Assembly: GCA_964187785.1 (NCBI GenBank)
Contig: OZ076409.1
Coordinates: 57,228,001-57,292,000 of the forward strand
From: Amphiscolops sp. MND2022
Lineage: Eukaryota
DNA: 64,000 nucleotides
Reading direction: 5' to 3'
In this document: piece by piece, positions 14,628 to 25,759 of the stretch
How the letters are laid out: the number at the start of each line of letters is the position of its first letter
Numbering within the stretch: the first letter of the stretch is position 1
Translations under genes and position numbers: made by a program
Notes under the pieces: model-generated
The model's input: only the letters and a program-made list of their open reading frames with translations
What the model was told of the DNA's origin: nothing
Database searches by the model: none

Positions 14628-15160
14628 TTCTAGTCGGCGCTTCTGAAGAAAAGTGCCCGACTCTTACAGTGGTTTTTTTAGACGCGTAAGGTCCACTTTA
14701 TTGTTCATTTGCTCAACACTTGAACTACGGAGGTTCAAAACACTCGAACCTCAGAAGCTCGTCCAAAACGAAAAGAAAAAACAAAACCGACGTCCAGAAC
14801 CTCGAAAACATACTAAGCATCCCCCTTTGGCCATCTTAGTTATTCACTTGGATTTTTTTCGGGACTATGAAACTTCGAAAATTTTTGGATTGCACCAAAG
14901 GGTGCCCCCTTCGTTTGTTTCGATATTTTGCAACAGAATGGATGCTAAAAAATCCCAAAGGGTCCCCTTTTACATATTTCGGCACTGTGACACTTCAAAA
15001 ATCTCATTTTCTCCCAAAATTTTGGAGAAGGGGTCTCCAAAGGGTCCTCTTCAATTTTTTCTTATTTTCCAACAAACTGGAGTTTCAAAAAGCCCAAAGG
15101 GTCCCCCATTTTACAATTTTAAAAACTTCGCGCTTGTTGAGCCTTAGATATAGCTACGAT
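14628..15160 (+). mobile_element. HINE-family copy with eroded 3' end
   Basis: TAGTCGGCGC...CCCGACT 5' stem, AAAGGGTCCCC core repeats, GAGCCTTAGATAT near the 3' end. Confidence 0.6.
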
Positions 15161-16632
15161 GTTCAATGCTTCTGAAATTGTCCGAATACGGACTAAATAT
15201 GCGGAATCATTGTCAAGGAATGCAAATATGCGGTACTTGGAATTTGTGAATTTAATTACTCATTTTGCTGATTTCTATTGCAAGGAAGTGTTTTCGAATT
15301 CAATTCCTAAAAAGATTATGGGTATTCGAGAAAGTAAGACGTCCGTTTCTTTCAAAAAATCTCAAAACTAGCTGCTGTATGTGTTAATCTACGAAACTTG
15401 TTTTCAGAAATTGAGTCGTGTTTGGGGTGGTGGAAAAAAGTAGGTCATTTATCTTGTCTATATAGATTTGTCCGTCTATTTGATCTTCCCGTTTATTCCA
15501 GATGTCTTTATGCAACATTGATGTTATTAATTGAATGTGGCATGGGTTTCTAGGCAACCTTACTTTTCGGTAACGTCATCAAGATTGAATATAACGTCAT
15601 GGGATCAAGTATTTTGTCGAAAAGAAATCGAATAGTTGAATTGTGTTGACTTGTTTGTATTTTTTGTGGCTGGATTAATCCAATACTTTTTTCAGTAATG
15701 ATTTCTGTCATATTGATTTCAATTCCATCTTTTAAGAAAGACTTGAATGTTTTTTTTTCAGGAAGAGATTTTCCGTCTGATTGATTTCCGAAGTCTGTTT
15801 CGTGATAGATTTTTGTAGCTTTTTTAACCTCTACTCACCTTATTTCTTCCGTAAGGTTCGTGGGAGTACGTTGATTCTTGAGATTCTCTGAGAAAGGTCA
15901 GAAGTTCGAGAAGTTTTTTGTCCTTGAAATCCTTGTTTTCAAGTTCGGTAACGATAGGAAAATCAAACGTTCCGTGTTCGACTTTTTTTTTGAGTGGTTA
16001 GTTTCATTTTAGTTGCTTTATAATGACACGTTCAAGAAGTTCTTTCTTTGACCCCAATCTGATGTTATAGGAAAGATGTTATAGGCGGAAAAGTACTACT
16101 TTAATTTAGTAACTGTTTATTGTAGTGTGCGCTTTTAAAGAATTGATACTCTTTGAAAAGGCCCTATCCGTTTCATGAAAAAATTCCACTCATGTGTCTT
16201 ATTTCTAGACTTTTCAACCGACTGCTGATTTTGACTGATTACGTCTGATAAAAACTGTCACGGTCTTTAATTGAAACTGTCAGTTGAATAGAACTGCTTG
16301 CTTTTCGAAGTAATGACGTTCTATCAAGAGGGTAATGAACCGAAGATAGCTCAGCTCAAGTTTTTCGGTGTCTGAAATTACAACCAAGCTCAACGAGATT
16401 TGCAACTTCCTTTGGACATGGCAATGGATTTGGTGTCCAATCATACGACTCTGTGATAGTGAAAATTCCTTACCATCTGTTATCTGAAAGATATTTTGAA
16501 GCGATGTATGGCAAAACACGTATTTCTGTTAAAATACGTATTTCTAGGAAATCAAATAGTACTATAACCTGTGTTGCCATTTTTAGGAATTGGGATTTTT
16601 TGTTTTGACTGTTATTCGTGTTAATGAATGTT

Positions 16633-16731
16633 AGTAGTAGTCGAATTCCCGTTCCTAATATATAAAAACCCTAAATTTAAGCATTTTTTCAAAAAAATCG
16701 ATAAAATTGGTGTTTTTTCACTACTAAAAAA
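16633..16731 (+). repeat. Polinton left terminal inverted repeat
   Basis: About 100 nt nearly identical to the reverse complement of about 30275-30375; its inner part is directly duplicated at about 16766-16816. Confidence 0.92.
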
Positions 16732-17047
16732 ATTTGACAGGTTAATCAAACCATCAAAATTAGGTATTTTTTCAAAAAAAAATCGATAAAATTGGTGTTT
16801 TTTCACTACTAAAAATTTTTTTTATTAATTCGGGCCAGTCAAATATTTTTTTTTTAAAAAAAATGTTGATTATTTTTTTAAAAATTACGAATACCAAACG
16901 AATCGGGAATTCGGACCAGTCAAATATTTTTTTTTAAATTTTTCACAACTAATTTTTCACAACTAACTGTTAAAAAATAACCAAAGTAAAAATTAGTCAT
17001 TTTTCACAACTGAAAAATTAACAAAATTGATTAAAAATAACTATTAA

Positions 17048-17458
17048 ATGAATTATTTATCATTCAAAGAATTTGTTGATAAATATAGATTAAAAAATGA
17101 ATCAACTTCCAATGTAGAAATAAAAGAAATCTTAAAACTCATGAACACATCTTGTGGAATATATATGAGAGATGATAAATTTATAACCACCAGTGGTATA
17201 GTTAACTTACATCCAACTAAAGGAACACATTGGGTTATGTTTGTTAACGAGTTTTATTTTGATTCATATGGCTGTCCACCACCACTAAATATAACAAAAC
17301 AAATTAATAATGGTATCTATTCAGAATATCAAATCCAGAAAGACGACAGTTATTGTGCAGCGTATTGTTTATATGTTTTATATCTCACAAAAATTATAGG
17401 CTTCAAAAATGCAGTACTAAATTTATACTATCAAAATTTATATTATCAAACTTTATGA
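17048..17458 (+). CDS. Adenain-like cysteine (maturation) protease
   Basis: GIVNL...GTHWV, YFDSYG and QIQ...SYCAAYCL supply the His/Asp/Gln/Cys catalytic motifs; intact 136 aa. Confidence 0.92.
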   Translation: MNYLSFKEFVDKYRLKNESTSNVEIKEILKLMNTSCGIYMRDDKFITTSGIVNLHPTKGTHWVMFVNEFYFDSYGCPPPLNITKQINNGIYSEYQIQKDDSYCAAYCLYVLYLTKIIGFKNAVLNLYYQNLYYQTL

Positions 17459-17465
17459 ATAATAA

Positions 17466-17648
17466 ATGAAGAAAATTAATAATTATTCAGCTCAATTTAA
17501 AATTATTCAAAAACCAATGAATACCAATGAGAATCAATTTGCTGAGAAAATAATACAAAAAAATAATCAAAAAAAGAAGTTATCAAAACAAAACCAAGAA
17601 TTCATAAATAAGATATCCGCAAGTGGATTTAAACAATTTTTCGCTTAA
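17466..17648 (+). CDS. Small basic Polinton protein, possible core protein
   Basis: 60-aa K/N/Q-rich ORF packed between protease and penton; TAAATG start; ends ISASGF. Confidence 0.55.
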   Translation: MKKINNYSAQFKIIQKPMNTNENQFAEKIIQKNNQKKKLSKQNQEFINKISASGFKQFFA

Positions 17649-17651
17649 TAA

Positions 17652-18727
17652 ATGGATCTATCAAATTTTGTAACCTATGATAAAAAAGAATCTCTTTTAT
17701 TGAGTATTGCAAAATCTAATTTGGATATTGTTGAAAATACCTTATCCAAACCACAAGAAACTTTAGAATTTAAAATGAATAAACAAAAAGAATCTTTTTC
17801 ATTTGATGTTCCCTTGGAGCTGCCAGAACAATGGATGATGGGAGTAACAAGTTTAGAAGTATATAACAGTGTATATAATATTACCAACAAAAATAACTCA
17901 TTCCAGATACAACTAACAGACGAACAACTTAATGGGATTGATACAAAACTTGTAATGAATATTGAATACCTTCATAGAACCAAACAATCAAATTTTGTTG
18001 AAACAGTTTATAATTTAATGGATACCTCATTTAAAAATAAAAAGAAGCTTCTAAAAATGATCTTGATAAAATCAAGTATATAATTAGTCAATATAAAAAT
18101 GAAGAATGGCTGAACATTGACGAGAATACCAAATCCCTTGTGAATACAATACAAATCCCATCTTTCGAAACTATTGATCTCCCCATTATGAATGAGAAAA
18201 TAGAAATAAAACTCCAACCTGGAATATATGAACTAACTGATCTGAACACAGCAATAGAACAAAAATTACGATATTACAACCAAGCAAATGGAGAATTTAA
18301 AATAAATGGTTTAAGTATTAACATTGAAGCAGATACAATATCAATGAAATCAGTTTTAACAACATCTAACCCCATTTATTTTAATTCAAAATTAAATGAA
18401 CTTCTAGGATTCACAGATACAAACTATATAGAAGGAACTCATATATCAGAAAAACCAGTTATGATAACTACAGACAAAGTTCATCTTAAATGTGATTGTG
18501 TAGATGGTTCAATTGTTAATGGTATACGAGAACAAATTTTATTTTCATGTAATCTTAGTGCTCCTCCCGGATATAAAATTATAAAAGAACCCAATATTAT
18601 TTTGTATAAAAAAATAAACAAAACAAGGTTAGATAGTATTCAATTTTTCCTTGAGGATAACAATCATAACCCAGTTGATTTCAACGGGGAGACATTAACA
18701 TTTACAATTCAAATCATCAAGATTTAA
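17652..18727 (+). pseudogene. Minor capsid (penton-like single jelly-roll) protein, frameshifted
   Basis: N-terminal part FDVPLEL..QWMMGVTSLEVYNS; C-terminal part VHLKCDCVDGSIVNG...QILF...PPGYKI..EP..ILY...PVDFNGETLTFTIQI, as in Polinton minor capsids. Split between ORFs 17652-18083 and 18140-18727. Confidence 0.85.
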
Positions 18728-18783
18728 TATATATACAAACCAAAGGTTTGCTTAGAAAAAAATGAATATTTTTTTTCTAATAA

Positions 18784-19186
18784 ATGAGCTTTAATAAATT
18801 TAAAAATAATTCATATTGTGTTGGTGGAAAACATTATTCCGCTACCACAAATATTCGTGGAGATATTACTCAAAATAAAAAAAACTGGAGCAGCTGTTAA
18901 ATTATTAAGAGGTACTTGTTCCTCTTGTAAAAGAAATGAATCACTTATAGTATCTGATCAAACTATACAAGCAGAAGGATTAGGTGACTTTTTCCGAGGT
19001 ATAGGAAAAGCCGCCAAGAATGTCGGAAAGAAAATTTTAAACAATCCTGGAAGAGCATTAGAACTCGCAGCTAATATCGGTACTGCAGCAGCAAGTAAAA
19101 TTCCTCGAATGATAGCCGCAACTGCTCCTGATATTATAAAATTTGTTCATCAAGGAAAAGGTCTGTACTTGGGTAAAATTCATTGA
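18784..19186 (+). pseudogene. Zn-ribbon plus amphipathic-helix virion protein (candidate membrane-lytic or core protein), one frameshift
   Basis: Likely start TAAATG at 18784 (MSFNKFKNNSYCVGGKH...), shifting into ...GTCSSCKR...QAEGLGDFFRGIGKAAKNVGKKIL...HQGKGLYLG. Confidence 0.6.
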
Positions 19187-19235
19187 TTTACAGCCGAGCT
19201 GTAAATTAAATATTATTTTTTATGAATAATAAATT

Positions 19236-20213
19236 ATGTATTCAATTCATAATCGAGATGATTTAGAAAAATTAAAAAAATTGCAAGAATCAAAATCTTT
19301 AATAAAAGCTGAAAGATTAAAACAACTCCTAGGGAAGCAAGACTTTCATTACGATATGGAAGAAGTTTTTGAACCTGTTACGGAAAATCAGAAAAAAAGT
19401 CAAAACCAAACCAAGCTAGAATCTGAAAAACAATTACAAGCGTTACGTGATTCTACTCAAACTACAACACAAGCAATACGAGAATCGAGTAACGCTTTGA
19501 ATAAAAATTTACAAAAATCGATTAAAGAATATGATGAAATTACTTACCGTAATAATCAACTTGTTACAGATCTTGTGAATTCCAACCAAGTTGATTCTAC
19601 TATAATCAAGACAGTTTCTAATTTACTTAATGACAAAAACAAAAGTCAATTTAGTTTAGAACCTGTTACGCAAAGCGCCTTCGGTGAAGGTAATCCAAAT
19701 TTATTCATAATTAACCCTATTAATCCTCAACAAGTACTAATTAAAAATAATACACTAACCTTCTTGAGTAGTGGTAACAAATACAATTTGAAGGATTCGG
19801 ATCTTTCATATTTTATAACTAATGCACAGCTAGACACGCAACCACAAAACGTGAATCTAATTTATTCTTTTTTAAATGATATGAAATATAATATAAATTA
19901 TGGAGATAAAAAATCAAAGAGATATTATTTCATTAAAGATTTAATTAATCAATACATATATCAACATATTCCTTATCAACTATCCCAATTAGGAAGTGGA
20001 TTTAATCAGTATGTCTTCCTTCCATCGGATCCTGATGAGCTTGTAGATCAAATAAAACTACTCTATTTTGAAAAAGTAGGAAATGATAATCCTATGCTTA
20101 GTGAACAAATCATAGCAATTGCAGATAAACTTTTACAATACCAATGTATTACAACAAATCAACATCAAAACCTCATAAGCACTTTTACTAAAAAGGATCA
20201 GTTTGTGGATTAA
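19236..20213 (+). CDS. Polinton hypothetical protein with N-terminal coiled coil, 325 aa
   Basis: Long intact ORF; C-terminal LPSDPDELVDQIKLL...GNDN motif resembles one I recall from other Polinton proteins. Confidence 0.75.
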   Translation: MYSIHNRDDLEKLKKLQESKSLIKAERLKQLLGKQDFHYDMEEVFEPVTENQKKSQNQTKLESEKQLQALRDSTQTTTQAIRESSNALNKNLQKSIKEYDEITYRNNQLVTDLVNSNQVDSTIIKTVSNLLNDKNKSQFSLEPVTQSAFGEGNPNLFIINPINPQQVLIKNNTLTFLSSGNKYNLKDSDLSYFITNAQLDTQPQNVNLIYSFLNDMKYNINYGDKKSKRYYFIKDLINQYIYQHIPYQLSQLGSGFNQYVFLPSDPDELVDQIKLLYFEKVGNDNPMLSEQIIAIADKLLQYQCITTNQHQNLISTFTKKDQFVD

Positions 20214-21153
20214 ATATCTGGTATTGCAGATTGGATTCATTACATATCATATACTTACTCCCATTTTTATCTTCTAACCTATTTATTAATAAATAATTAT
20301 AATTATCCCGCCATGCTTCTCCGCATAAACTTTTGAATTCATCATTAGACATCAAAACCTGCTATGTCTCTATAAATGTGCAACATCTTTCAATGTTTGT
20401 TGAAATAAAATTATAATATTACTATTGTCTCTAATTGTTCTTTTAGGTAAATCAAAATATGACTGTGATAAATAATAAACATCCAGATCATTATGTCTTC
20501 CCCTAGTAAAAAATGGATCTATTAATTTCTGATTGGAGTCTAACATATCATCAAATACAACACAACAATTTTGAAAATCTTGAATACTTTTATCACCTAA
20601 ATCTTCTTCCACTGAAACATCTTCTATTTCAATTTTATTGTATTGTTCCGGACTCCTCGTAATGATACATATCTTTTGTTCAGGATTATCTAAACGAATT
20701 AATTGTAATTTGTTTAATAACAAATGGGTCTTACCACAAAATGATGGACCAACTATCAATGTTCGATTACAGCTTTGCTGGCCTCCGGTGAACATAATAT
20801 TATCATTATTATCAGTATCATCATTTGTAATAATATTATTTGTATAATTATTATTATCATGATTTTCATTATGATTAAAATTTCATTATTTGTATTATCA
20901 TGATTGATATTACATCTTTTTAAATGTTTTGATAAATAAGTTTTATTCAATTCTTTATTACAGAATTCACATTTTAGTTTTTTATTGAAACATTCTATAC
21001 ATGTACTATACAATTTACCATTTTTATATTTGTACCAATTTATATTTGTACCATTTGTAGTTTTCAGTATATTACACACTTTACATCTTTTTTTTTCTCA
21101 CAATCGGATCAGACAGATTTTTCATTACTTTTTCCACAAATTAAACACTTCAT
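20188..21153 (-). pseudogene. A32/FtsK-like packaging ATPase 1, apparently fused to an N-terminal Cys/His zinc-finger region via an Asn-rich linker; disrupted
   Basis: Walker A GPSFCGKT, Walker B VVFDD, FTRGRHND, YLSQSY..LPK.TIR.N. The C-terminus (EFKSLC.EAW..NYNYLLI) continues in another frame to a stop at 20188. A single 1-nt shift joins ZnF ORF 20756-21079 to the ATPase frame; start TAAATG at 21153. Confidence 0.8.
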
Positions 21154-21157
21154 TTAT

Positions 21158-21279
21158 TTAGTAAAAAATCACTAAATCACTAAGCAAATTCACTAAGAGC
21201 ATGATGTTTTAAGTGTAACCTTATTTGCTTAGTGAAAAATATATGCTCTTAGTGAATTTGCTTAGTGATTTTTTACTAA
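21158..21279. repeat. Intergenic inverted repeat (about 38-bp arms) built of CACTAA/TTAGTG units
   Basis: TTAGTAAAAAATCACTAA(ATCACTAA)GCAAATTCACTAAGAGCAT ... ATGCTCTTAGTGAATTTGCTTAGTGATTTTTTACTAA. Confidence 0.85.
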
Positions 21280-21296
21280 GAAATCAGACCCATTTT

Positions 21297-22307
21297 TTAA
21301 ATACTTTTACTAAACCTGATTGCTTGATCAATTATAATTTTCTTAAATTCCTCTTTAAGTTGATCTGAAATTAATGGTTGTTGCATGCGTTCAACGTAGT
21401 TGTCTATTTTAGATTCATTCACTTTTATTTTATTTTGTTTACAATAATATACATAATAATAAGCTACATTAAAAGGTGTTATTTCAATTGTTTGATCTGA
21501 CATATCTTCTAGGAATATTTTAAGTTTAATATATTCTTCACCTGTAAAGAAATAACTTTCATATTTTACATAATCTTCAGGACTCCATTTATGTTTAGTT
21601 GTATCATAAACTACTTGGTAGTTGTGGTTGAGTATTTTATACTTTTGTGATCTAGTATCAAATTCAATTACACCAAATTCTAACTGACTACGATATTGTT
21701 TCCATTTGAGATCTTCTTTGATTGAATAAGTTTGTATTATGGTTTCAAAGAAACTATCTGGATTATTTATTGTGATATATAATTTAAAACAATTCTCTCT
21801 CACTATTGGGAGAACATCCTTTGCATAGTGAGCAAGGTATATAACTTGTATATTATTGTGTCTACCAAACCGAAATAAGTCTTCTACTTTAGTTCTGAGT
21901 TGTTTGAATGCTCCTGCATCATCTAAAATTATAGTTCTATTAGCAAGTTTCTCTATTTCAATATTTTCTAACTGTAACAAAGGTATATAATTATCTTTAA
22001 ACTCATTTTCATCTCTACCGAATACTATAAAATTTGTTTTAGTTTGATCTAAATAATACTTAAGGAAACTAGTCTTACCTGATCCACTAGTACCATACAC
22101 CAAAAAATGACAATTAGTACTTGTATTTGGTGGAGTAAGTTCTTGTTCTTCTTCTTTGTTAGTTAAATGAGAATATTTAAATCCCTTGAATTGTTCTAGT
22201 TTTTGGTATAATTTTTTATAATAATTAGGTTTAATATAATACCAATACACCCACAAAATTATAATAAAAATTACACATAATAAACCTATATATAATTTTT
22301 TATTCAT
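21297..22307 (-). CDS. A32/FtsK-like ATPase 2 with N-terminal transmembrane segment, intact 336 aa
   Basis: Hydrophobic N-terminus LYIGLLCVIFIIILWVYWYY; Walker A GTSGSGKT; Walker B IILDDA; FRFGRHNNIQVIYL; VREN. Confidence 0.85.
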   Translation of the reverse strand: MNKKLYIGLLCVIFIIILWVYWYYIKPNYYKKLYQKLEQFKGFKYSHLTNKEEEQELTPPNTSTNCHFLVYGTSGSGKTSFLKYYLDQTKTNFIVFGRDENEFKDNYIPLLQLENIEIEKLANRTIILDDAGAFKQLRTKVEDLFRFGRHNNIQVIYLAHYAKDVLPIVRENCFKLYITINNPDSFFETIIQTYSIKEDLKWKQYRSQLEFGVIEFDTRSQKYKILNHNYQVVYDTTKHKWSPEDYVKYESYFFTGEEYIKLKIFLEDMSDQTIEITPFNVAYYYVYYCKQNKIKVNESKIDNYVERMQQPLISDQLKEEFKKIIIDQAIRFSKSI

Positions 22308-22321
22308 TTATTAGGAAATAA

Positions 22322-23189
22322 ATGAAAGAAAAGAAGAAAGAAATTGCTAAAGAATTATTCTCTCCTGTAATTAAGAAGTTTCAAAGAGCTCAAATGCAAA
22401 CTCACTATAAAGATGAGTGTTGGAGTATTGATCTGATAGACAGGTCTAGCTTATCAAAATACAAAAAAAACTACAAGTTCATTTTTACAATAATTGACAA
22501 TCATACTAAATATACATTGTCTTAAAGATAAATCAGGAAAAAGTACAACAACTGCATTTAAAAGTCTTATTGAAAAAGCAAAAAGAAAACCTGATAAAAT
22601 TTGGTCAGATAAAGGTAAAGAGTTTTATAATAAAACAATTTTAGATTTTCTTAAACAAAATGAAATTCAAATTTATTCAACTAATTCAGATTTAAAAGCT
22701 GTTTTTGTTGAACGCTTCAATAGAACATTATTAGATCTAATAAAAAAACCAATGTATATTGAAGGTAAAGCTTGTTGGTTGAATCATCTAGATACTGCTA
22801 TGGAAAAATATAATAATCGTGTGCATGGAACTACTAAGATGACACCTTTTGAAATGTCAACTAATCAAAAACTATTACCTAACAATACCGAAGGCGCTCT
22901 GCGTAATAATTTTAAAAACAAACAACCCAAATTTTAAGTGGGAGACTATGTAAGAGTTCCTGATAAACGCAATTTATATAGTAAAGGTTATACAACAAAT
23001 TGGAGTAGAGAACTTTTTAAAATACATAAAAATAACAATACAAATCCCGTTACATATAGTTTAGTTGATGAAAACAACGAATAAATAGAAGGAAAGTATT
23101 ATGAACAAGAACTTTTAAGAAGTGTATTCAACTTTGAATCTAACAACAAAACGTTAGAAAGTATGAATATTTTCCATCAAAATGAGTAA
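22322..23189 (+). pseudogene. Retroviral-like (rve, DDE) integrase of the Polinton; one frameshift and one premature stop
   Basis: WSIDLID, IIDNHTKY, WSDKGKEF, VERFNRTL, YNNRVH..TKMTP. Past the TAA at 22935-22937 the frame continues VGDYVRV...KGYTTNWSRELF...GKYYEQEL to 23189. No chromodomain seen. Confidence 0.92.
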
Positions 23190-23206
23190 ATATATTTATA
23201 TAAATA

Positions 23207-23918
23207 ATGTCAATTCATCAATTTGGTTATAGTGCCGAAAGCTTACAAAAAGACAAGATTGAGAATTTAGAAAAAGAATTAGAATCACAAACCAAATTAA
23301 TCAACTTGAAACTTAATGATTTGTCTAATACTTTAAGAAAATTTTGATATGCAAAGCACCTTCGGTAACCTACAAGAAATTATATTTGACAACGGTGAAA
23401 CACAAATCGTAGTCAATGCAAAGTTATTCTTAGACATTAACAAGAGTATAGAAGATATAAAAATAAATTTAAAGTATTTAGAACAAGATATTAAAAATAA
23501 ATTTTTAGAAAAGAAAAAAGAAATAATTTTGAATGCTGCCAAGTTAGTGGAAGAACAACAAACCATTTTACGTAATCATTTTGAGAGAAACCTCATTTCA
23601 GAATTGGAAAAATGTAAAAATCAAACAGTCAAAGATACTATTCAATTGCTATACAACAAAGGATTGTTTGACTCATTTGAAAATAAAGACCAAATCTTTA
23701 ATGAGTACTTATATTTTAGTGATGAATACTTGTTGGAAAAATACGGAAAAGAAATAAAGACATCAAATGGTATGTATTACTTATCTGATTTAGACTATTC
23801 AACGCGAGAAGATATCGTGAATTCCTTAAAAATAGATGAATACAAAGATATAGTTGACCTTAAATATAGAATGAAACTAACCGATACTGAGATAAATTTC
23901 ATACTTTTTGAAAACTAA
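23207..23918 (+). pseudogene. Polinton hypothetical coiled-coil protein, one frameshift
   Basis: Starts MSIHQFG at 23207; a 1-nt shift near 23335 joins it to ORF 23349-23918. Confidence 0.55.
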
Positions 23919-23942
23919 AATTAAGTTTTTATTTAAAATTAA

Positions 23943-24461
23943 ATGAGTGAAAAATTGTATCCTTGTTTACGTGAATCAGATAATCTTGATATGCGATTGA
24001 AAGAAATAAATAGTTTCAATAATTCAATTCAAAATATAAAAGATATTCAAAATTTTTATAATCATGAAGCTAAAAAATATAAAAAGAAAAGTAAACAATA
24101 CAAGCTTATAAATTGTTTAATTCAATCTATTGATGGAGTTTCAGTACTAGCAGTATCATCAACATGTGTCACGTTGAGTGTCACAGGAGTTGGACTTGTT
24201 GTTGTACCTATAGCAAGTGGTATAGGTGCAGGTTTATGTATATTCAGTAAAATTGCTGGAGAGTATCTGAAAAGAAAACAACACAATATCAAAAAATATA
24301 CTCTTGCTGGTAGAACACTACACGACTACCAAAAACTACATTCAAAATGTTTAGAAGACAATAAAATTGATCTGAATGAATACAACAAATTAAAACAAAC
24401 TTACGATGTGTATAAAAACAATAAAACTAAACTAAATTCTGAGTTTACTTTTTTAGGATAA
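23943..24461 (+). CDS. Polinton membrane protein (coiled coil, glycine-rich hydrophobic hairpin, helical tail)
   Basis: 172-aa ORF with central VSVLAVSSTCVTLSVTGVGLVVVPIASGIGAGLCIF. Confidence 0.75.
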   Translation: MSEKLYPCLRESDNLDMRLKEINSFNNSIQNIKDIQNFYNHEAKKYKKKSKQYKLINCLIQSIDGVSVLAVSSTCVTLSVTGVGLVVVPIASGIGAGLCIFSKIAGEYLKRKQHNIKKYTLAGRTLHDYQKLHSKCLEDNKIDLNEYNKLKQTYDVYKNNKTKLNSEFTFLG

Positions 24462-24529
24462 ATTTATTTAGTAAAAATAATATAAATATAAATTTTAAAT
24501 CATCATCATGAATATTTATTCTTTTATAA

Positions 24530-25759
24530 ATGGAATTATTCTCATTGAAAAATAAATATGCTATGGATAAACCTATTCATAAAATTGATTTTATTAAATA
24601 CTCACCTAGTAGTTTAGCTACAATCAACAATAATAATTCAAATATTTCCATCATCTTCCCAAGAGAAGATGCATATATTTGTTTACAAAACTCATACGTA
24701 TCATTAGAATTTGAAGTTCTTGAAAATGATGATACAAGATATACAGATGGTGATCAAATAAGTTTAGTTAATTTTGGACCCGTTGCTTCATTTAGTGAAC
24801 TTAAGTTAACTACTAGATCAGGTAAACATTTAGAAAAAGTTGATAATCTACACCCAATTTCATTAATGTATAAACTTTTAACATCTAATCAACAAACAAG
24901 TCAATTGATGTACGGGTTTGAAGAATCACAAGCAACTAGAAGACAAGAACTAACAAACAATAAATTAGAAAAAGGAACCTTTTTTGTTAGAATTAGGTTG
25001 AGTGATATATTTGGATTTGCTGATCAAGAAAAAATAACATATGGATTGGGTTATACTCTTACTTTAAAACGAAATAATAATAACGACCCCATTATAAGGG
25101 ACAATGGTGTAGATGCTGCAAAAATAAATATAAAAGACATCTCCAGGCATATTCCACACTACACACCATCAATGGAAAACCAACAACTTGTGATTGATCA
25201 AATATTAGACAAAGATCCAACTGAATTATTTTATACCGAACGAGTTGTTTTTAGAAAAGTTGTTAACACGAATAACAATTGGACATTTGAATTAGGTAAT
25301 AGTGGAGAATCAACACCAACTTTTGTAATTGTTGCTTTTCAAGCTAGAAATAAAATTGATTCACAAACACATGATAATGCAATATTTGATCGTTTACCTG
25401 TTTCAAATGCTGTTTGTAAAATAGGATCAGAAAAATATCCAGATGATGGAATAGAATGTGATTATGATAGAGACAAATATGATCAAGCATACAGTGAAAT
25501 TGAAAACTTCTATTTGTTAAAAAGTGAAACTAATCTACTCAATCCGTTTATTGATTTGCATAAATTCAGGACAAATTATAATTTCTATGTATTTGATTTA
25601 TCCAAACAAAAAGACCCCATCGGGAGTCAACCTATTAGATTAGAATTCAAATTTAATGCTGCCATTGATGTAGCAGACTATATAGCTTATGCCCTAGTCC
25701 TAACACCTAAACTGATAAGTATCAGTAGTGATGGACAAAGGCATTTTGATTTATTATGA
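24530..25759 (+). CDS. Major capsid protein (double jelly-roll, hexon-like), intact 409 aa
   Basis: Size and position next to PolB; motifs LVNFGPVASFSE, PTFVIVAFQ, IGSEKYP, FYVFDLSKQ and IRLEFKF fit Polinton MCPs. Confidence 0.88.
   Translation: MELFSLKNKYAMDKPIHKIDFIKYSPSSLATINNNNSNISIIFPREDAYICLQNSYVSLEFEVLENDDTRYTDGDQISLVNFGPVASFSELKLTTRSGKHLEKVDNLHPISLMYKLLTSNQQTSQLMYGFEESQATRRQELTNNKLEKGTFFVRIRLSDIFGFADQEKITYGLGYTLTLKRNNNNDPIIRDNGVDAAKINIKDISRHIPHYTPSMENQQLVIDQILDKDPTELFYTERVVFRKVVNTNNNWTFELGNSGESTPTFVIVAFQARNKIDSQTHDNAIFDRLPVSNAVCKIGSEKYPDDGIECDYDRDKYDQAYSEIENFYLLKSETNLLNPFIDLHKFRTNYNFYVFDLSKQKDPIGSQPIRLEFKFNAAIDVADYIAYALVLTPKLISISSDGQRHFDLL

Noticed and set aside
14653..15175. K/F/G/P-rich ORFs here and at 37074-38795, 43785-45732 and 62910-63882
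   Set aside because: Translations of the non-coding HINE repeat cores.
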